This document shows, piece by piece, positions 40,718-50,203 of a stretch of 64,000 bases of DNA; the first letter of the stretch is position 1, and each line of letters begins with the position of its first letter. The notes under the pieces were generated by a model that made no database searches, was not told the origin of the DNA, and worked only from the letters and a program-made list of their open reading frames with translations. Both the position numbers and the translations under genes were made by a program. This stretch comes from Alphaproteobacteria bacterium (GTDB lineage Bacteria > Pseudomonadota > Alphaproteobacteria > GCA-2731375): the NCBI GenBank assembly GCA_965225945.1, contig CBDDBZ010000035.1, forward strand, positions 160,001-224,000, read 5' to 3'.

Positions 40718-41931
40718 AGGTTGTAGAAATATTCGGCGATACGCCGCGCGAGGCGCGAGGCCACGTCGTCCTTGGCCATCGTCGGCCAGGAATCGACATC
40801 GTGGCCAATCACCAGATGGACGGTGTTGCGATCGCCGCCCATGACGCCGGTCTCGCTCGAGACGTCGTTGGCCAGGATCCAGTTGCAGCCCTTGTGCTCC
40901 ATCTTTTTCCGCGCGTTGAGCGAGACGTTCTCGGTCTCCGCCGCGAAGCCGATGACCAGGCGCGGCCGATCGGAGGCCCGGTGGCAGAGTCCCCTCAGAA
41001 TGTCCGGGTTTTCCACCAGCTCGAGGGGCGGGACCACGCCGGTGCGACCCTTCTTGATCTTCTGCCCGGCCACCTCGGCCGCGCGCCAATCGGCCACCGC
41101 GGCGGCGCAGACCGCGACATCGACCGGCAGCGCCGCCTCGCACGCCGCTTGCATCTCGAGCGCCGATTCGACATGGGTGACCTTGATCCCTCGGGGGTCG
41201 GGAAGCGCCGTCGGTCCGCTCACCAACGAGACCTCGGCGCCGAGCAGATCCAGGGCGGCGGCGATCGCGTGGCCCTGGCGTCCGGAAGATCGGTTGGCGA
41301 TGTAGCGAACGGGGTCGATCGCCTCGAAGGTCGGACCGGAGGTGACCAGCGCGCGGCGCCCGGCGAGCGACTGGCCGCCGGCCGCGAGGATCCCGAAATA
41401 GCGCACGACGACCTGCAGGATCTCCGCCGGCTCCACCATCCGGCCCGGACCGGTTTCGCCACAGGCGAGATCGCCTTCGCCCGGGCCGATGATCCGCACA
41501 CCGTCGCCTCGCAGAATTTCGATGTTGCGCCGGGTCGCCGGGCGGTTCCACATCTCGACGTTCATCGCCGGCGCCACCATCACCGTCTTGTCGGTCGCGA
41601 GCAGCACGGTCGAGGCGAGGTCGTCGGCCCGGCCCTGGGCCATCTTGGCCACGATGTCGGCGGTCGCCGGCGCCACCACCACCAGGTCGGCCTCGCGCGA
41701 GAGCCGGATATGGCCCATCTCGCTCTCGTCGGTGAGCGAGAACAGTTCCTGGTAGACCTTGTCCTCGCTCAACGCCTGCAGCGACAAGGGAGTGACGAAG
41801 CGGGCGCCCGCCGGCGTCAGCACGCAGCGCACCAGGGCATCGCGCTCGCGAAGCCGTCGGACCAGCTCCAGGCACTTGTAGGCGGCGATCCCGCCCGCAA
41901 CGATCAACAGGATACGCTTGGCCTGCAGCAT
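40714..41931 (-). CDS. coaBC: Bifunctional phosphopantothenoylcysteine decarboxylase/ligase
   Basis: [24 protein letters not shown] and GFAAET motifs. Confidence 0.96.
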   Translation of the reverse strand: MLQAKRILLIVAGGIAAYKCLELVRRLRERDALVRCVLTPAGARFVTPLSLQALSEDKVYQELFSLTDESEMGHIRLSREADLVVVAPATADIVAKMAQGRADDLASTVLLATDKTVMVAPAMNVEMWNRPATRRNIEILRGDGVRIIGPGEGDLACGETGPGRMVEPAEILQVVVRYFGILAAGGQSLAGRRALVTSGPTFEAIDPVRYIANRSSGRQGHAIAAALDLLGAEVSLVSGPTALPDPRGIKVTHVESALEMQAACEAALPVDVAVCAAAVADWRAAEVAGQKIKKGRTGVVPPLELVENPDILRGLCHRASDRPRLVIGFAAETENVSLNARKKMEHKGCNWILANDVSSETGVMGGDRNTVHLVIGHDVDSWPTMAKDDVASRLARRIAEYFYNL

Positions 41932-42107
41932 GATCCCCGACCACTCCCCACGTCCCCCACGTCAGGGCGGGAGGTTAGGACCGCCGGCGGCTCGGTGCAA
42001 CACGATGTGACGGACGATGTGGCGCCGCAGACGGGTAGGCGCATCGCCACCCCTCGACTAGAATGCGCGCCCGCGCCACCCGAATTCACCATTCGAGGGA
42101 GACTGCC

Positions 42108-43484
42108 TTGCGTCAGATCACCCTGGTCGCGTTCCTGCAAGCGCAGAATTGCACCACCCATCCCGCCTCGTGGCGCCATCCCGATTCCCGGGACGATTTC
42201 ACCTCGCCCGAATATTTCCGCCGTATCGCCCGCACCCTGGAGCAAGGCAAGTTCGACCTCGCCTTCTTCGACGATCGCCTGGCGATGCCCGATCTCTATT
42301 CCGGCGATCACGGCCATACCGTCGCCAACGGCATCCGCTGCGTGAAGATGGACCCGATCACGGTGCTGATGACCATGGCCATGGCGAGCGAACGGCTGGG
42401 CCTGGGGGCGACCTATTCGACCACCTATTACGAGCCGTTCCACGTCGCCCGGGTCTTCGCCACCCTGGACCTGATGACCGAGGGGCGGGCCGCCTGGAAC
42501 GTCGTTACCTCGTTGAACGACAACGAGGCGCGCAACATGGGCCGCGACGAGATCGGCGACCACGACGACCGCTACGACCGGGCCGACGAGTTCCTGGAGA
42601 TCGTGCTGGGCCACTGGGATAGCTGGGACGACGACGCGCTGGTCCTCGACAAGGTCTCGGGCCTCTTCGCCCATCCCGAGAAGGTGCGCCGGCTAGATTT
42701 CGAGGGCCGCTTCTTCAAGTCGCGCGGGCCCTTCACCGTGCCCCGCTCGGCCCAAGGCCACCCGGTGGTGATCCAAGCGGGCCAAAGTGGCCGGGGCCGC
42801 CGCTTCGCCGCCCAATGGGGGGAGTTGATCTTCGTCGCCTATCCGGAACTCGAGATCGGCCGCCGGGCTTACGGCGAGCTGAAGGAGAACGCGGCCCAGC
42901 TAGGGCGGGACCCGGATGCGATGAAGCTCGCCACGCTGATCTACCCGATCATCGGCGAAACGCGGATGGCAGCCGAGGACAAGGCGGCCCAACTCTCCGG
43001 CCTGGTCAAGGAGATCGACGCCCTCTCGCTGTTGTCGGAGGCGCTCAACTTCGACTTCGCCGCCAAGGCCATGGACGAGCCTTTCACGACCGAGGAGTTG
43101 GCCTCGATCTCCGGCCTGCAGGCGATCCGCGACCGGGTGCTGGAGGCGAGCGGCAAGCCCAACCCGACGGTGCGCGACTTCATCCACCATAGCGGCCGCG
43201 CGCAGCTCGGCGACGCCTGGGTCGGCGGGCCCGAGGAACTGGCCGACAGGTTCGAGGAATGGTTCACCGCGCCGGCCTGCGACGGCTTCGTCATCGGCGG
43301 CACGATAACCCCCGGCACCTTCGAGGACATGACCCGGCTGGTGATCCCCGAGCTGCGGCGCCGGGGCCTGTTCCGCGCGGACTATACGGGCACGACGCTG
43401 CGCGATCACCTCGGCCTCGCCCGGCCCGCGGTCGGCGCCTGGCGGGCCTCGCGAAACCAGTCGTCCTTGTCGAAGGCGACGTGA
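42108..43484 (+). CDS. LLM-class flavin monooxygenase (NtaA/SnaA/DszA family)
   Basis: GKFDLAFFDD, AWNVVTS, QAGQS and TLRDHLGL motifs. Confidence 0.9.
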   Translation: MRQITLVAFLQAQNCTTHPASWRHPDSRDDFTSPEYFRRIARTLEQGKFDLAFFDDRLAMPDLYSGDHGHTVANGIRCVKMDPITVLMTMAMASERLGLGATYSTTYYEPFHVARVFATLDLMTEGRAAWNVVTSLNDNEARNMGRDEIGDHDDRYDRADEFLEIVLGHWDSWDDDALVLDKVSGLFAHPEKVRRLDFEGRFFKSRGPFTVPRSAQGHPVVIQAGQSGRGRRFAAQWGELIFVAYPELEIGRRAYGELKENAAQLGRDPDAMKLATLIYPIIGETRMAAEDKAAQLSGLVKEIDALSLLSEALNFDFAAKAMDEPFTTEELASISGLQAIRDRVLEASGKPNPTVRDFIHHSGRAQLGDAWVGGPEELADRFEEWFTAPACDGFVIGGTITPGTFEDMTRLVIPELRRRGLFRADYTGTTLRDHLGLARPAVGAWRASRNQSSLSKAT

Positions 43485-44323
43485 TCGCCGAAATAGTGGA
43501 TCGCGCGGTCGAGGCCGGCGATCCCTCGGCGGGTGTAGCTGGCGGTCGGCCCGTCCAGGTGGGTCACGTTTTCGAACCGCGCCAGCCAATCGGTGGGGGT
43601 CTGCAGCGTGCTCTGGCGTTGCACGACGTCCCAGATGTAGTAGTGGTGCGGGATCACCACCTTGGGCTTCAGGCGATCGAGGATGGCGTCGAGGGCGCCG
43701 AAGCCGATCACGTGGCGTGAGTTGTCGACCGGCAGCAGCGCGATATCGATCTCGCCCAGCGCCTCCCACACCGCCTCCGGCGGGTCCGCCCGATTGTCGC
43801 CCCAATGAACGATGCGAAGCCCACCCGTCTCGATCACGATCAGGCAGTGATCCCAGGAGCGCGGGTTGTTCGGCGGCGCGATGTCGGTGCCGTGGAAGTG
43901 CTCGTGGATCTTCCTGAAGTCGTAGAGCGCACAGCAGGAATCGATCGCGTGCTTGTCGGCGATGCCGTGGATGGTGACGTCGAGGAAGGAATAGCTGCCG
44001 ATCAGCCGATCCAACAAGACATGGGCGTCGAGGCGATGCAGCGCGTCGTGGTCGAAATGCGCGTGCGTCGAGACGCCGACGTCGACCTCGGTGGCGGGAA
44101 AGTCGTGGAAGTACCAGTCCCAGGTCCTGGACGGGTGGTTGCGCCAGGGGTCGACCATCACCGTCAGGCCCTTCGGACTGGTGATCCGGAACGCCGAGCT
44201 GGCGAAAAAGGCGAGCTCGACCGGCCCCTCGGCGCTCGGCGTGCGATCGCCCTGCAGCTCGATCATTCGATTGTGATTGCTGGACTGGCGCCAGGCATTG
44301 AGCCCGGTCTCGATGTCGGCCAT
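43406..44323 (-). CDS. Metallo-beta-lactamase fold hydrolase
   Basis: THAHFDH, HWGD and IPHHY motifs. Confidence 0.85.
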   Translation of the reverse strand: MADIETGLNAWRQSSNHNRMIELQGDRTPSAEGPVELAFFASSAFRITSPKGLTVMVDPWRNHPSRTWDWYFHDFPATEVDVGVSTHAHFDHDALHRLDAHVLLDRLIGSYSFLDVTIHGIADKHAIDSCCALYDFRKIHEHFHGTDIAPPNNPRSWDHCLIVIETGGLRIVHWGDNRADPPEAVWEALGEIDIALLPVDNSRHVIGFGALDAILDRLKPKVVIPHHYYIWDVVQRQSTLQTPTDWLARFENVTHLDGPTASYTRRGIAGLDRAIHYFGDHVAFDKDDWFREARQAPTAGRARPR

Positions 44324-44433
44324 GCGTCCTCTCCTTCCCCGCCCCCGCCAGCGTCGCGCCGACGCAAATCTTACAGCAGCGCCTCGAAGCCGACCACAAT
44401 CCAGGCGAGCCGTGCGGGAACCGAAAACGAACA

Positions 44434-44502
44434 ACCCGACCGTCGCGAGGCGACGGCCGGGTCAGAGGCGCCGGCGGGAGGGGGTGGCCGGCGCTGGGTT
44501 CG
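44434..44502 (-). ncRNA. Candidate two-hairpin sRNA copy 1 (cuckoo/alpha-r14-like)
   Basis: GCGCCGGC-CACCCCCUCCC-GCCGGCGC hairpin followed by a second GC stem; paralogous to 44907-44977. Confidence 0.5.
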
Positions 44503-44722
44503 TTTGGAGAGTTGTCACAAACTCGGGACGGAATATTACCTCGTGGCTGGTTTCACTGGCCGGCGTCACCGGGCTTCTTGGTTCTTGGGCTCGGCGCCGC
44601 CGATGACTTGAATTTGGCCTCGATCCGCCGGCTTGAAAGTGATGGCGATCACCTGGAGAGGTATTATTCGGCGGGCGGCGGATCGCTCGGCGAGAGCCTC
44701 GATTCGCGCTCGGCACGAATGT

Positions 44723-44896
44723 CAGGGCAATCGCGTGAAGTGATGGACACGGCCTTGATACCGCGTCAACCGCCGCGAATGGGCCATTGAGGCCCCGCGA
44801 GCTTATGCGAGCAGCGCCCGAGCGCCCGAATGAGCGCGCCCGGCGTCTGAGGGAACAAGAAGAATCCAGGGCAATCGCGTTCACGCGATTGCCCTG
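44723..44896. repeat. 174-bp MITE-like element with 17-bp terminal inverted repeats
   Basis: cagggcaatcgcgtgaa at 44723 and ttcacgcgattgccctg ending 44896; the right end is itself a 30-bp hairpin (44867-44896). Confidence 0.65.
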
Positions 44897-44906
44897 CCCG
44901 AACGTA

Positions 44907-44977
44907 GACCCGGCCGCCTAGGGGGGGCGGCCGGGTCAGAGGGCGCCGGCGGGAGGGGGGTACCGGCGCTGGGTTCG
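44907..44977 (-). ncRNA. Candidate two-hairpin sRNA copy 2 (cuckoo/alpha-r14-like)
   Basis: GCGCCGG stem with C-rich CCUCCC loop followed by GACCCGGCCGCC...GGCGGCCGGGUC. Confidence 0.5.
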
Positions 44978-45121
44978 GTTCACTTATTCGCGGGAAACCA
45001 AATGACCTTGGACGGGTAACATTTTCGTTTTCCGCTCCTGGGCGAGTCCTTCGCGTCGCCCGTGGGTCATAGATGGGGGTGGGATAGGGGAGTGAAAGTG
45101 ATCGATATCACCCCTGGCGAA

Positions 45122-46714
45122 TTATTCGTCGCGGACCCTTCTCGCCGCCGTGGCGGCGCTGGCCTTGGCCCAGGGGGAGGCGACGAAGGCGGCGGCGGTG
45201 CGCCGGCCCTCGGCGCTCTCGGCGACGGCGTTGGGACAGGCGAAGAGGGCCGGGTAGACCCCGTGCTCGGCCTCCGAGGTCGGCGCCACGGCCGCGAGGG
45301 CCGCCACCACCTGGGGGGGTAATTTTCGATTCCAGGTGATCTCGTCGGCGCCGGAGACGTCGATCCGGGGTTGGTGAAACGCCGCGTCCAGGTCCATCCC
45401 GTGGTCCAGGACGAAGGCCAGGATCTGCAGCACCGCCGGCAGGATCCGCCTACCGCCCGAGCCGCCCAGCGCGATGCGCATGCCGTCCGCGCGGCGCGCC
45501 ATCGTCGGGCACATGTTGGTGAGCGGCGGTTTGCCGGCGGCGATCGAATTCGGCTGGCCGGGGCGCGGATCGAACCACATGATGGCGTTGTTCATCAATA
45601 TCCCGGTCTCCGGCTCCATCACCTTGGAGCCGAAGAGCGAGAGCAGCGTCTGCGTCAGCGCCACCATGTTGCCCTCGGCATCGATCACGCTCAGATGGGT
45701 GGTCGAGGACGGCTCGCTGCTCTCGTCGGCCCAGCCCAGCGTCTCGAAGCGCTGGCGGTAGGCGCTCAGCAGTCCCGAGGCATAGGCGGCGAAATCTCGC
45801 GGCCCCGGGCCGTCGCCCTTCCTCGTCGCGGCCGCCACCAGCTCGAGCGCGTGGCAGAGCGTCGGCCCGGCGCTGAGCCCGGGCGCGGCATAGACGGCCG
45901 CGTCGCGATAATCGAAGGGCTCGACCTCCAGCACCTCGGCCCGGTAATCGGCCAAATCCTCGGCCCCCATGGTGTTGCCGCCGGCCTGGAGGCCAGCGAT
46001 CAACGCGGCCGCGATCTCGCCCTCGTAGAAGTCGCGCGGGCCGACCTCGGCCAGGCGCCCGAGCGTCGCGGCCAGCTTGCCGAGGCGGATCGACGGCGGC
46101 GCGCCGCCCCATTCGCCGACCGGCGGAAAGCCCGAGGGCAGGTAGACCCGGCGGCTCTCGTCGTGGCGGTTCAACAGCTCGGCGCCGGTCGCGATCTTCA
46201 GGGTCGCGTACCAGTCGACCGCTAGCCCCGCCTCGGCGAGGAGAATTGCGGGCTCGAGGGATTCGGCCCAGCTCCGCGTGCCGAAGCTCTCCAAGGCCAA
46301 GGCCAGGCCGGCGACATAGCCCGGCACGGCGATCGAGTGATAGCCCTGGATGTTGCGATCCTCGACCACCGCCGGCCAGCCGAAGAGCTCGCCCGCCGTC
46401 CCGCCGGTGAGCGGATAGCTCGCCGGATCGAGCCCCCGGGGCGCCACCATGGGGAAGGCGACGGCCCGCGTCTTGCCCGTAGCCGCCTCGAACACCAGCA
46501 TGAAGCCGCCGCCACCGAGGCCGCTCATCCACGGCTCCACCGTGGAGATGGCGAGGCCCGCCGCGACCGCCGCATCGACCGCGTTGCCGCCCTCGGCCAG
46601 GACCCGGGCGCCGATGTCGGAGGCGATGTGGTGCTGGCTCGCCACCAGACCATCGGCGCATTCCACGGCGGGCTTGGTGACGTTCCAGGTCTCGATCGGA
46701 TAGACGTTGGGCAT
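45122..46714 (-). CDS. Gamma-glutamyltransferase family protein
   Basis: GGNAVDAA, STTHLSVID (catalytic Thr) and GGSGGRRI motifs. Confidence 0.9.
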   Translation of the reverse strand: MPNVYPIETWNVTKPAVECADGLVASQHHIASDIGARVLAEGGNAVDAAVAAGLAISTVEPWMSGLGGGGFMLVFEAATGKTRAVAFPMVAPRGLDPASYPLTGGTAGELFGWPAVVEDRNIQGYHSIAVPGYVAGLALALESFGTRSWAESLEPAILLAEAGLAVDWYATLKIATGAELLNRHDESRRVYLPSGFPPVGEWGGAPPSIRLGKLAATLGRLAEVGPRDFYEGEIAAALIAGLQAGGNTMGAEDLADYRAEVLEVEPFDYRDAAVYAAPGLSAGPTLCHALELVAAATRKGDGPGPRDFAAYASGLLSAYRQRFETLGWADESSEPSSTTHLSVIDAEGNMVALTQTLLSLFGSKVMEPETGILMNNAIMWFDPRPGQPNSIAAGKPPLTNMCPTMARRADGMRIALGGSGGRRILPAVLQILAFVLDHGMDLDAAFHQPRIDVSGADEITWNRKLPPQVVAALAAVAPTSEAEHGVYPALFACPNAVAESAEGRRTAAAFVASPWAKASAATAARRVRDE

Positions 46715-46745
46715 GGCTCGATTTCCCGGTTTGGCCGCGGAGGGC

Positions 46746-47912
46746 TCAGCCGAAGAGGCGGTGGCTGGCGATCCGCGCGCCCTCGCAAAGCGCTTCGAGC
46801 TTGGCCCAGACCACGTCCTCGGCGGTGAAGGTATCGCCGGCCAAGGTGGCGAAGCCACAGTCGGTGCCGGCGACGAGGCGGGCGGGATCGCCGAGGGCCC
46901 TGGCGGCCCGCTCGATCCGCTCCGCCACCACCATGGGATGTTCGACATAGTTGTTGGTGGTCTCGATCACGCCCGAGATCAGCAGCATCTCGTCGGGCAG
47001 CGGCTGCTCGCGCAGCACCTCGATCTCGTGGGCGTGGCGGGGGTTGGCGAAGGGTAGCGAGATCGCGCCCACCTCGGCCTGGTACATGATGTCGATGACG
47101 TCGCCCACGGCGACGTCGTGGAGGTGCGGGCCGTCGCGATTGCCCCAACAGGCATGGAGGCGCACCCGGTCGGCCGGAATGCCCTCCAATGCCTCGTTCA
47201 AGGCATCGATATGCATCTCGATCTGGGCCCGGAAGGCAGCGAGCGTCTCGGCCTGGAAATAGCCCGCCCGCTCCATCGCGAGGTCGGGGGAATCGATCTG
47301 CAGGACGAAGCCCTGCTCGACGATATGGCGGTATTCTCGGCCAAGGCCCCGCGCCAGCGCCCGGACGTAGGCTTCGTGGCTATCGTAGTGGCGGTTCATC
47401 ATCGCCGTCGCCGCGAAGCCGGGCGAGACCGAGGTCATGAAGGTCTCGACGAAGTCGTCGTCGCGCCCCGCGAGGCCGGCCTTGAAGTCGTCGCATTCCC
47501 TGGTGACGCCCGAGAGGTCGTCATAGCTCACTTCGCCGATCGCTTGGGGAAAGGCGTAGGGGTTGAGCCGGCGCCGGCCGCTCCGGCCCAGGTTCTCGAA
47601 CCAGATCGGGAACGATTGGGCATCGAGCGGCAGGGGCCGTGCCTGCTCGCCTCCGGGCCCGAAACCCCGCATTCTGGAGGCGATGTAGGAGACGAAGCTC
47701 GCCCGCTCCATCTCGCCGTCGTTGGCGATGTCGATGCCGCACTCGCCCTGGCGGGCGATCACCCGCTCGATCGCCGCGCGCACCGCCGCCTCGAAGGTGG
47801 CCGCGTCGAGTGCGCCGCCCTCCTCGCGGGCGACGATCAGGTCCGCGAGCCCCTCGCCCCGGGGCAGGCTGCCGACATGGGTGGTGAGGATCCGCTGCTC
47901 GCTCCGGCGCAT
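46746..47912 (-). CDS. Cobalamin-independent methionine synthase II family (single-barrel MetE-like) protein
   Basis: TTHVGSLPR, HACWGN and TDCGF zinc motifs. Confidence 0.88.
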   Translation of the reverse strand: MRRSEQRILTTHVGSLPRGEGLADLIVAREEGGALDAATFEAAVRAAIERVIARQGECGIDIANDGEMERASFVSYIASRMRGFGPGGEQARPLPLDAQSFPIWFENLGRSGRRRLNPYAFPQAIGEVSYDDLSGVTRECDDFKAGLAGRDDDFVETFMTSVSPGFAATAMMNRHYDSHEAYVRALARGLGREYRHIVEQGFVLQIDSPDLAMERAGYFQAETLAAFRAQIEMHIDALNEALEGIPADRVRLHACWGNRDGPHLHDVAVGDVIDIMYQAEVGAISLPFANPRHAHEIEVLREQPLPDEMLLISGVIETTNNYVEHPMVVAERIERAARALGDPARLVAGTDCGFATLAGDTFTAEDVVWAKLEALCEGARIASHRLFG

Positions 47913-47915
47913 CGC

Positions 47916-49049
47916 TTAGCCGTGCGGGACCAGGATCTGGCGCACGGTGGCGCCGTCGTCCAGCAGATCGAAGCCGGCGTTCACGTCCTCGAAGCCCACC
48001 TTGCGGTCGATCAAGCGATCCACCGGCAGCCGGCCTTGGAGGTAGAGATCGATATAGCGGGGAATATCGCGCACCGGCACGCAGCTTCCCATGTAGCTGC
48101 CCTGGATGGCCTTCTCGTCGCTGACGATCTCGCTCGGCAAAAAGGCGAAGCTGGCGGTCTTGGGCGCCAGGCCCGCGACCACCACCGTGCCGCCGCGACG
48201 GAGCGACTTGTACGCCGTCTCCAGGGCCGGCACCGCGCCCGCGAGCTCGAAGGCATAATCGACGCCGCCGCCCGACAATTCGAGGATCTGCTCGACGTGG
48301 TCCACTTCCCGCGCGTCGACCGTCGCGTGCGCGCCGAGCTGGCGGGCGAGGCCGAGTTTGGCCGGATTGAGGTCGACCGCGATCACCTGCTCGGCGCCGC
48401 CGACCAAGGCCCCCATCAGGCCGCTCAAGCCGACGCCGCCCAGGCCCACCACGCAGACCTTGTCGCCGGGCCTGATCCGGGCCGTGTTCAGCACCGCGCC
48501 GACCCCGGTCATCACCGCGCAGCCGAACAGGCAGGCGTCGTCCATCGCGATGTCGGCCTCGACGCGGACCGCAGAGCCGCGATCGATCACCGCGTATTCG
48601 GCGAAGCAGGAGAGGCCGGAATGGTGGTTTGAGGGCTTGCCGTCGGCGTCCTTCAGACGTTTCCCGCCGCCCATCAGCTCGCCCTTGGCGCGGGCCGCCG
48701 CGTGGCCCTCGCAGACCTGTGGCCGGCCCTCGAGGCAAGCCCGGCAGCGCCCGCAGGCGGCGCCGAACTGGAACACTATCTTGTCGCCCGGTCCCATGTC
48801 GCGGATGGCGGGGCCGATCTCGACCACCTCGCCGGCGCCCTCGTGGCCCAGCACCAGCGGCATCGGCTGCGGCCGGGCGCCGTTCATCACGCTCAGATCG
48901 GAATGGCAGAGCCCGCCGCCCGCGATCCTGACCAGCAGCTCGCCGGGGCCCGGCGGGTCCAGCTCGACCTCCTCGATGCTGATCGGCCGGCTCTCCGCGA
49001 AGGGCCGCGGGGCATCGGTCCGGCGCAGCACGGCGGCGGTCATCTTCAT
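47916..49049 (-). CDS. Zinc-dependent alcohol dehydrogenase
   Basis: CHSD, GHEGAG, structural Zn cysteines and GLGGVG motifs. Confidence 0.92.
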   Translation of the reverse strand: MKMTAAVLRRTDAPRPFAESRPISIEEVELDPPGPGELLVRIAGGGLCHSDLSVMNGARPQPMPLVLGHEGAGEVVEIGPAIRDMGPGDKIVFQFGAACGRCRACLEGRPQVCEGHAAARAKGELMGGGKRLKDADGKPSNHHSGLSCFAEYAVIDRGSAVRVEADIAMDDACLFGCAVMTGVGAVLNTARIRPGDKVCVVGLGGVGLSGLMGALVGGAEQVIAVDLNPAKLGLARQLGAHATVDAREVDHVEQILELSGGGVDYAFELAGAVPALETAYKSLRRGGTVVVAGLAPKTASFAFLPSEIVSDEKAIQGSYMGSCVPVRDIPRYIDLYLQGRLPVDRLIDRKVGFEDVNAGFDLLDDGATVRQILVPHG

Positions 49050-49177
49050 GGCGTCTGTTCCTCGGTTCGCGATGATCTCGGCGGCCATTGAGCGCCACCG
49101 GCGCCCACCCGGTCAAGCGCGCGCGAGTTCTACGAATCGCGGCGATGAATCGATCGATCTCGGCTTCGCTGTTGTAA

Positions 49178-49948
49178 TACCGGTGAGCCTATGAACTGAC
49201 CTGTCCGCCACAACGGATGTCATCGCGAGCGAAGCGTGGCGATCCAGAGCCACGCGAAAGATGTCGACGTATCCGGGCGGCTTCGAAGCCGCCTGGATCG
49301 CCACGGCGCAGCACCTCGCGATTGACGGCGGTGCGAGCTGCCGGCGAGGAGTCGAATCATCGGATCGACAGGTTAATGGCACCAGCCCTTCCCGCCTTCG
49401 ATGGTGAGCGAGGTGCCGGGGGCTGTAAAGGCTGAGCCTTCGGCTCCCCGCTACGCGGCTTCGACCTTGACAGCCCCCGTCCCCTCACTCCCACGCTCCG
49501 CCATGAGAAGTATGGGGGAGAGGAGGCCATCGTGTTCCCTCGACCTCGATCCCGCCGGATAACCGCTATCGCATATCCTTTCCTTACCCCCGCTCCACGC
49601 CATTGTCGGCATGGCGGAGCAAGAAAGGTGAGCGACGCCGCCAGTCAAGGCCGGAGCCGCGTAGCGGTGGCCCGTAGGGCCAGCCTTTACTTGTGGTGGC
49701 GCTCACCGGATCATCGAGCCTGCCATCGAGGGCGGAAATACGACCAACGTCGCGAACCGAAAAACCCCCGGACACGCGAGCCTTCTTCCCCTCCGAATGG
49801 TGCCACGACCCGCGCATCGCGGGACCGGTTTAGCCTCTCGCGGCCGCGCCAAAACGTCAAAGTGCCGGGCGCGCGGCCTTGGCTCGCCACGCCTCGCCCG
49901 GCCCGACGACTCATGCGGCCGTTGGCTCCGTTCATAGGCTCGCCGGTA
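49178..49948. mobile_element. 771-bp non-autonomous element with 19-bp TIRs and TAA target duplication
   Basis: taccggtgagcctatgaac / gttcataggctcgccggta (1 mismatch); TAA at 49175-49177 and 49949-49951; no transposase ORF seen. Confidence 0.8.
49219..49326. repeat. Alphaproteobacterial REP-like palindromic element
   Basis: GTCATCGCGAG...CGTGGCGATCCA...TGGATCGCCACG...CTCGCGATTGAC. Confidence 0.75.
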
Positions 49949-49996
49949 TAATAGTGGACGCCCAGCCGGTTGATCGGCTCCAGGCCGCGCCGTTCC

Positions 49997-50073
49997 TTGC
50001 TGTGATTGTCGTCGACGATGACCGCCAGCGACCGCTTCATCTCCGCAGCCGTCAGCACCTTGGCCTGCTACAT
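49997..50073 (-). pseudogene. N-terminal stub of a tyrosine recombinase/integrase
   Basis: M*QAKVLTAAEMKRSLAVI resembles the MKQAKVLT..E.KR.L start of site-specific integrases; TAG at codon 2. Confidence 0.5.
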
Positions 50074-50203
50074 CTCGAAATCTCATCCAATCTCGCCAAC
50101 CATCGGAAACCGTTATATTTTCGTAACTACCCAGGTCTGATTGGCCCGAGCGTTTGTATGTGAGGGATCGTGGGGGTCCGGGCTGGTAGCGGTGCCGGTG
50201 TTC

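Larger units (their letters stand above)
49103..49996 (-). repeat. Displaced duplicate of the aminotransferase 3' end (att-like direct repeat of 63829-63947), split by a MITE
   Basis: 49103-49177 matches 63829-63902 and 49949-49996 matches 63900-63947 (45/48). Confidence 0.85.

Noticed and set aside
43406-43484. Convergent 3' overlaps (also 26234-26261) as antisense regulation
   Set aside because: Short convergent overlaps are common in high-GC genomes and nothing else supports a role
49711-50058. 115-aa ORF as a real gene
   Set aside because: It is a chimera of the integrase stub, the aminotransferase duplicate and the MITE end
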